In this document: positions 58,828-64,000 of the stretch, in pieces
Layout: every line of letters starts with the position of its first letter
How positions within the stretch are numbered: position 1 is the stretch's first letter
Program-made: the position numbers and the translations under genes
Source: an uncultured Planctomycetota bacterium
GTDB taxonomy: Bacteria; Planctomycetota; Planctomycetia; Gemmatales; Gemmataceae
DNA length: 64,000 nucleotides
Reading direction: 5' to 3'
Assembly: GCA_963849325.1 (NCBI GenBank)
Contig: CAWKHF010000007.1
Location: 480,001 to 544,000 of the forward strand
Notes under the pieces: model-generated
The model's input: the letters and a program-made list of their open reading frames with translations, nothing else
Told to the model about the DNA's origin: nothing
Database searches by the model: none

Positions 58828-58996
58828 CGGGGCACCTCCGACCGCCAGTCTACAGCAACCGACGAGCCAAGAGCAAGCGCGGGCCGCCGAACGACACAGC
58901 TCAGATGGGGATGATGCCGGGTTGCTCCCACCGACGACAAGCCGGCGGTATTATGGAGTAACCCAGTAAAAGCCACCCCATCTGGAGCAACCCGAC

Positions 58997-60010
58997 ATGT
59001 CCACCACTCTACCACTGTTCGTCGGACTGGACTACTCCCAACACGCCGTCCAACTGTGCGTCTTGGACCCCACGGGTCAGGTCTTGTGTAACCGCGCCGT
59101 GCCGGACTCCGCCGACGCCATCGATCAGGCCGTCCGGCGATTCGGTGCCGTCCGCGGCGCCGCCCTGGAAGCCTGCACCGGAGCCGCCAACCTCGCCGAA
59201 GAACTCGCCGACCGCTACGCCTGGCCCGTCCACCTCGCCCACCCCGGATTCGTCAGCCGCATGAAACAGTCGCCCGACAAAACCGACTTCTCCGACGCCC
59301 GCGTCCTGGCCGACCTCGAACGGGTCGGCTACCTACCCCGCGTCTGGATTGCACCCCAGCAGCTCCGTGAACTCCGTACCCTGGTCCGCGACCGCCAACA
59401 ACTGGCCGCCCAGCGACGCAACCTCAAGCTCCAGATCGGTGCCCTGCTACGGGAACACCGCCTACGCTGTAGCCACAACCGCTGGACGCGGGCCTGGCAC
59501 GCCTGGTTGGAGCATCAAGCTCAACTGCCCGAACAAGCACGCTGGGTCATGCAACAACGCCTGCGTCGGCTGGCCTGGATCGTCCAGGAGATCCGCACCG
59601 TCGAAGAACGTCTCGAACAAGTCACCGCTGTGGACGGCACCGTAACTTGGCTGCGGACGATCAAGGGCATTGGTCCGGTCACCGCCTGGACGTTGCGGGC
59701 CGAGATCGGTCGCTTCGACCGTTTCCGAACCGGCAAGCAGTTGGCGCGGTACTGCGGCCTGACGCCGTGCAACCGCTCCTCGGGCGTGCGTGAGGCCGAC
59801 GCCGGTTTGATCCGGGCGGCCAATCCCGAACTGCGTCGCGTGCTCATCGAGGCGGCCTGGCTGTTGGCTCGTCTGCAGCCGCGTTGGCGGCAACTGGCCG
59901 AGCGTCTGAAGGCACGGGGCAAACCGAGTACGGTGGTGATAGCGGCCGTGGCCAACCGCTTCGTGCGTTGGTTGTACCACGAAGGAGTCCGCCAACAGGC
60001 GGCGGCCTGA
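58997..60010 (+). CDS. IS110 family DEDD recombinase/transposase
   Basis: VGLD, LEAC, KTDFSDA, IKGIG, YCGLTP…SSG. Confidence 0.93.
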   Translation: MSTTLPLFVGLDYSQHAVQLCVLDPTGQVLCNRAVPDSADAIDQAVRRFGAVRGAALEACTGAANLAEELADRYAWPVHLAHPGFVSRMKQSPDKTDFSDARVLADLERVGYLPRVWIAPQQLRELRTLVRDRQQLAAQRRNLKLQIGALLREHRLRCSHNRWTRAWHAWLEHQAQLPEQARWVMQQRLRRLAWIVQEIRTVEERLEQVTAVDGTVTWLRTIKGIGPVTAWTLRAEIGRFDRFRTGKQLARYCGLTPCNRSSGVREADAGLIRAANPELRRVLIEAAWLLARLQPRWRQLAERLKARGKPSTVVIAAVANRFVRWLYHEGVRQQAAA

Positions 60011-60330
60011 CGGATAGTGACAAGGCGTTGTCATTGTCGGGGGAGTTCCTGAGCGGTTGCGGGTGTGCTCGGCCGGCTGCTGGGGTTTAATCCTCGCGCT
60101 CAGATGGGGCAGCCCGCAACCTTTCTTCGCATCCCATTTGGGCAGGGTCTTGAACCCACGCTCGGATAAGAAGCATGGGAGCCCCAACAGCGTCGGCGTC
60201 CTGCCGAAGATTTCGCCGCCTCCGTGCGGCGACCAGGGGCGCTCATTGCCGCCCCCTGGACCCCCGGCTAGCCTCTCTCTGTTCCGGGAGGAAGAGAGGA
60301 GACTAACGCCGAGAAAAGGTGATTTTGCTC
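60011..60330 (+). ncRNA. Predicted bridge/seekRNA of element 1 (boundaries approximate)
   Basis: 60072-60081 is antisense to the right flank; 60098-60109 is identical to the left junction. Confidence 0.6.
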
Positions 60331-60518
60331 TTGACGAGTGGCCTGGCATCATAGAAGCAGCCGGCTCACGCGGGAGGAGGCGTGATGTCGCGCGAAACCG
60401 TTAGTCGCGTGGCCGGTCTGCCGCAGCGACTGGATACTCATGAAGGCTCTTGAAGCACACTTGAAGGAGACAGCACTCAGCCGCTGTCTCCTTCACCTGC
60501 TAACAACGAGAGGTCTTC

Positions 60519-61568
60519 ATGCGCTACTTCCAACCTACACCTGACACTCGATTCTATGCCGGTGTCGATCTCCACGCCAGATCCCTCTTTCTTGTTGTCC
60601 TCGACCACACCGGACAGATTCGCTACGCACGCAATCTCCCCGCCGCACCCCAGCCCTTCCGCAAAGCCATCACACCTTTCCGCGATGGACTCGTCGTCGG
60701 CTGCGAGTGCATGCACTGCTGGTACTGGCTGGCCGACGCCTGCCGCGACGACAACATCCCCTTCCGGCTCGGACACGCCTGGGCAATGAAAGCCGTCCAC
60801 GGCAGCAAGACCAAATGCGACCGTAAAGACGCCGAGGCCATCGCCCACCTGCTCAAGGGCGGCAACTTCCCGCTCGCCTATGCCTACCCCAAAGAACGAC
60901 GTGGACTCCGCGACCTGCTCCGCGCACGCCTCCGCCTGGTCCGCCAACGCGCCGAACTCTACGGACACGTCCACACCGCACGACGACAGCTCAACTTGCC
61001 GCCCATCTCCAACGATGTCAAATACAAGTCCAAGCGTGCCAGCGTCCTGGCCGACATCGACGACGACTGCGTCCGTCGCCGCGTCGAGGCCGACCTGTCG
61101 CTGCTGGAGCCGCTCGATACCACCATCCGACGACTGGAGAAGGACATCGAGGTCGCCGCACGACAGCACTATGCCACCGAGATGGCCGTGCTGCAATCGA
61201 CACCCGGCGTCGGCCTCGTCATCGCCCTGACCATCCTTTTGGAGATCGACACCCTCGAACGCTTCGACACCCGCCAACAGTTCTGCTCCTATGCCCGGCT
61301 ATGCGGCGCCCGCCAGGAGTCGGCCGGCAAGAAGGTGGGCACGGGCAACGCCAAGCAGGGCAACGCCTGGCTGAAGTGGGCCTTCTCCGAGGCGGCCGTA
61401 CTCAGCGCCCAGAAGAACGAACGCATCGGCCAGTACCTGGACAAGCTGTCGGGCCGTCTGGGCCAAGCCAAAGCCTTGTCGGCATTGGCCCACAAGCTGG
61501 GACGAGCCTTCTACCACATGCTCCACAAAAAGGAGGTCTTTCAGATCGACCAATTCCTGAGACACTGA
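60519..61568 (+). CDS. IS110 family DEDD recombinase/transposase, clearly different from element 1
   Basis: AGVDLH, GCEC, KCDRKDA, PGVG, SYARL…ESAG. Confidence 0.93.
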   Translation: MRYFQPTPDTRFYAGVDLHARSLFLVVLDHTGQIRYARNLPAAPQPFRKAITPFRDGLVVGCECMHCWYWLADACRDDNIPFRLGHAWAMKAVHGSKTKCDRKDAEAIAHLLKGGNFPLAYAYPKERRGLRDLLRARLRLVRQRAELYGHVHTARRQLNLPPISNDVKYKSKRASVLADIDDDCVRRRVEADLSLLEPLDTTIRRLEKDIEVAARQHYATEMAVLQSTPGVGLVIALTILLEIDTLERFDTRQQFCSYARLCGARQESAGKKVGTGNAKQGNAWLKWAFSEAAVLSAQKNERIGQYLDKLSGRLGQAKALSALAHKLGRAFYHMLHKKEVFQIDQFLRH

Positions 61569-62170
61569 GAAGCCAGGGCGCGGCCGGCGAGCCGAAGCCG
61601 AACGGGAGCCGCTACGGGCTAACCCTTACGACGACCCCCACCATCCAGGGAGCATCGACTCCGCAGTGGGGGTCCGGGACCGCCCAGGCATCCAGCCGCT
61701 TTGATGGGACGCCGGCCGCGTCCGTATTATTTCGACCGCGGTGGTCGCAAAAACAGGCCGCGATCCGCCGGTGGGTCGGGGGACCAACGGGATCAGCGTA
61801 ACGCTGTCCCAAGGAATCGGGCTTGGCTTTGAGCCATCCCACGTCCTCCCGACCCCCGCCAGACCGCGACCCGTGATCGCAAGGAGCCATTCGCCCGGAC
61901 GATCCGCCCCAGTCGCCAGCCTGGCCGAACGGGACGCTCCTTTGGGGGAGTGAGCCAGTCGCTTTTTGAATGGCGGCGAAGCTGGGAACGTATGAATATC
62001 GGGACCGGCCAGGGCAGGTTCCCTGGCACAGCCGCCTGGTCCTTCGGGTCTGGGCCGCCGGAGTCCGCATGAGTGTTGGGTGCGGTTCGCCTCGGCCGTG
62101 GGCCGAAGGTGTTCCGCGTCCGTCGCTGATATCCAAGCCGGATCGCCGAGGACGATTGCTCACTGCCGCT
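61569..62170 (+). ncRNA. Predicted bridge/seekRNA of element 2, with two target-like modules and one donor-like loop
   Basis: Repeated GCCGAACGGGA…CCAG(C/T)CGCTTT; ATGAGTG at 62069 and TATCCA at 62130 match the element ends. Confidence 0.6.
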
Positions 62171-62361
62171 GCAACCTTGTTCGGTCATCCTTCCGGCAAG
62201 AAAAACGCCGGAGATACCCGTTCCCGTGGAAAATATTTTTACTTGACACCAAGAGCCTTATGAGTGCAACCTTGTTCGGTCATCCTTCCGGCAAGAAAAA
62301 CGCCGGAGATACCCGTTCCCGTGGAAAATATTTTTACTTGACACCAAGAGCCTTATGAGTG
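62170..62361 (+). repeat. Exact tandem duplication with a 95-bp period
   Basis: 62170-62266 equals 62265-62361, overlapping at TG. Confidence 0.95.
62243..62266 (+). promoter_or_regulatory. -35 box at the IS right end that would form a promoter on circularisation
   Basis: TTGACA at 62243 (copy at 62338); joining the ends places GATACT from the left end 17-18 bp downstream. Confidence 0.55.
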
Positions 62362-62473
62362 TTCGGCGTCTGGTGTATTGTCGCTGACTCCCGCCGAACG
62401 ATAACTAAGTTAGTCGCTGGGTGACGAACAATAAATCCTCTCTCGTCCATCCCTTCCGCTTTGCTCTTGGAGC

Positions 62474-62800
62474 TTACTTACGGTAGCCCTGTCTCTTTAA
62501 CTCATCATTTATCAAGCGCCTATTCGCATCTTTACGTTCCCTTTCATTCCTATCCTCCATCCATTTTAACGTCTCTCTCCACTTTTTTTTCTCCTTCTCC
62601 GTCTTCTCCGCCTGTTCTGCTGCTTTCTCCTGCTGACGTTTTTTTGCCGCCTCCTCCCTCTCTTTACTCTCTCGCTCGATTCTCTCCTGTTCTACGGGTT
62701 GATTCAACCATATGCCGATCAAAGCTATCGGCACTATCGTTAATAAAGTAAATACGACCCCTCGACCCCATGGTGTCGGTGAATCACTCGTCTTATTCAT
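62474..62800 (-). CDS. Hypothetical protein (one TM plus charged coiled coil), low GC, possible cassette gene
   Basis: 108-aa ORF, purine-rich leader, same strand as the attC sites. Confidence 0.6.
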   Translation of the reverse strand: MNKTSDSPTPWGRGVVFTLLTIVPIALIGIWLNQPVEQERIERESKEREEAAKKRQQEKAAEQAEKTEKEKKKWRETLKWMEDRNERERKDANRRLINDELKRQGYRK

Positions 62801-62826
62801 ACCTACTACCCCCTGCTGTCGCCGAG

Positions 62827-62970
62827 TTACTGATCATTGCGCAAAGAAAGTTAAGTTTCTTACAGCTTGCCTTTCAGGTCGAAATCCTCAGCGATTCCCG
62901 CAGAAAGCAACGATTTCGGCCCCAAATTCACCCGGAAAAAGTTTAACATTCTTTGCGCAACGGTCAGTAA
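62827..62970. mobile_element. MITE-like element
   Basis: 28-bp terminal inverted repeats (62827-62854 / 62943-62970, 3 mismatches); too short to encode a transposase. Confidence 0.65.
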
Positions 62971-63418
62971 GACTAGAATGTGCTTGCGCACTTGGACCAT
63001 CCCCGGATTTCACTCCCCCGACGCTGAGGATTCAAGCGAAATCCTTTTATCCTCAATAAATGCCCTGTGCTTATCAGAGCCACAAGCCGATCGCACAACC
63101 GTCTGAGAAACATCCGGTCCATTTGAGCGTGCCATGTGGAGTAATTGCCGTTAGCGTGTCTGTGTCACCCACACCCGCCAGGTCTCTTCCTGATCGTTTC
63201 CGCCCAAATGCTGGGCCTCCTGCCGTTCCCCGTGGGTTTCCGGAACTATACGCTTGTCACCCTCGCCCCGTGAGCGCCTACCTCAGGGCAACGCTGTGGC
63301 ACAAGACGCACATGTTCCCCCACACCGTTCCAGTAGTGTGAAGGTCAGGCTGATGCCCGTCTCGATGGCGAAGCCCGTCCTGTCGCCGAAGACCACCGCC
63401 ACAGGAATGCCCTTCTTC

Positions 63419-63437
63419 GCCGAACAACTGATTAGAT
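63419..63437 (-). other. attI-like site
   Basis: Minus strand ATCTAAT-CAGTT-GTTCGGC has the same L-5bp-R layout as attI1 (CCCTAAA-ACAAA-GTTAGGC). Confidence 0.5.
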
Positions 63438-63447
63438 CGCGCACATC

Positions 63448-63566
63448 GCGCAATCTAGCACGGCTGCTGCGCAACCTAGCAAGGGGCTGCGCGATCTAGC
63501 AAGGGCGTGCGCGGCCTAGCACGGCTGCTGCGCGACCTAGCAAGGGGCTGCGCAGACCTAGCACGG
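63448..63566. repeat. Six direct repeats with a 20-21 bp period (GCGC..[C/T]CTAGCA[A/C]GG)
   Basis: CTAGCA at 63455, 63476, 63496, 63516, 63537 and 63558. Confidence 0.9.
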
Positions 63567-63573
63567 TTCTCCT

Positions 63574-63603
63574 TATCTATCCGCAATCTTGCGCAGCCGT
63601 CAA
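63574..63603 (-). promoter_or_regulatory. Possible Pc-like promoter facing the cassettes
   Basis: Minus strand TTGACG-N18-TAGATA. Confidence 0.35.
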
Positions 63604-63664
63604 GGAAAAAACGACTCCGCTTGGGACTTGCTCCCGGGCGGATGCGTGCGTGGATTCTGGAAGT

Positions 63665-63709
63665 CGTTTGGTAGGATGGGTCGAGGGACGAGACCCATCC
63701 TACCAAACG
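63665..63709. repeat. GTAG-type REP hairpin
   Basis: GTAGGATGGGTC…GACCCATCCTAC, 18-bp inverted repeat. Confidence 0.85.
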
Positions 63710-63814
63710 GGCCAACTACCAGAAACCATTCGCGCACCATTCCCCGGCCCTTCCCCAGCGGGGAGTTGCACAAGATCGATGGCCGAGGACCGAGGGACGA
63801 TACAATAAGCGATC

Positions 63815-64000
63815 ATGGAGAACGCCGCCACTGAAAGGGAATTCCTCGATCCGCCTCGGACGTCGGCCTGGCTCGACCAGGCGCCGGGGCCGGTGGCCGG
63901 CTGGTTTCGCCGGCGCTTCGGTGAGCCGACCGAGATCCAGCGCGCCGCCTGGTCGCATCTGCCATCCGGGCGGCACCTCCTGCTCAGCGCCCCGACCGGC
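63815..64000 (+). CDS. Lhr-like DEAD/DEAH helicase, 5' part running off the window
   Basis: WFRRRFGEPTEIQRAAW…LLLSAPTG (Q motif and start of Walker A). Confidence 0.75.
   Translation, partial: MENAATEREFLDPPRTSAWLDQAPGPVAGWFRRRFGEPTEIQRAAWSHLPSGRHLLLSAPTG

Larger units (their letters stand above)
58906..60355 (+). mobile_element. IS110-family element 1 (IS1111-like: subterminal IRs and long 3' non-coding end)
   Basis: IRs ATGATGCCGGG 58911-58921 and CCTGGCATCAT 60342-60352; AGA shared at both junctions; TTGACG at 60331. Confidence 0.8.
60433..62361 (+). mobile_element. IS110-family element 2 with a duplicated right end
   Basis: IR CTCAT(G)AAGGCTCTTG 60437-60452 versus CAAGAGCCTTATGAG at 62250-62264 and 62345-62359; TG at the junctions. 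Confidence 0.8.
58886..62367 (-). other. Integron attC site in three pieces (58886-58905, 60356-60432, 62362-62367), interrupted by two IS
   Basis: Rejoined minus strand: GCCGAAC AGTCG CTGCGGCAGACCGGCCACGCG…CGCGTGAGCCGGCTGCTTCTGAG CTGTGTC GTTCGGC, a ~103-bp imperfect palindrome. Confidence 0.8.

Noticed and set aside
58868-60334. CAAGAGCAA / TTGCTCTTG as the inverted repeats of IS element 1
   Set aside because: The left copy lies outside the attC R box. The ATGATGCC IRs with the shared AGA give boundaries that restore the attC cleanly.
63448-63566. CRISPR array or plasmid iterons
   Set aside because: Units are contiguous 20-21-mers without unique spacers, and no cas or rep gene is nearby. 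The adjacent att-like site explains them better.

Overview
This is a GC-rich bacterial chromosome segment. DUF1559, DUF1501, DUF4058, DUF1080, Uma2 genes and an extended ECF sigma factor suggest a planctomycete, probably Gemmataceae-like (inference). Many conserved genes carry single-base frameshifts, most likely assembly indels. Contents in order: a possible toxin/immunity pair and serA; a ~19 kb exopolysaccharide locus; an ECF sigma factor and a threonine synthase; a sigma54-driven cluster of NarI-like membrane protein, Mo-oxidoreductase, ferredoxin, Rieske protein and NarK; queE and peptidases; a partial complex I cluster (nuoI-DUF2203-nuoABCD); and a thiolase/B12-mutase/MeaB operon. The most striking region is 58.2-63.6 kb, an integrase-less integron remnant on the minus strand with an attI-like site, six upstream direct repeats and a toxin-antitoxin cassette. 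One of its attC sites has been split by two different IS110-family elements. The 3' non-coding regions of both elements contain short sequences matching their own insertion sites (bridge/seekRNA-like). One element has two target-like modules whose guide halves match the same DNA strand. Palindromic repeats are abundant and several are translated in frame, including both linkers of a GT-GT-phosphoglycosyltransferase fusion. All domain calls come from motif recognition; no searches were run.
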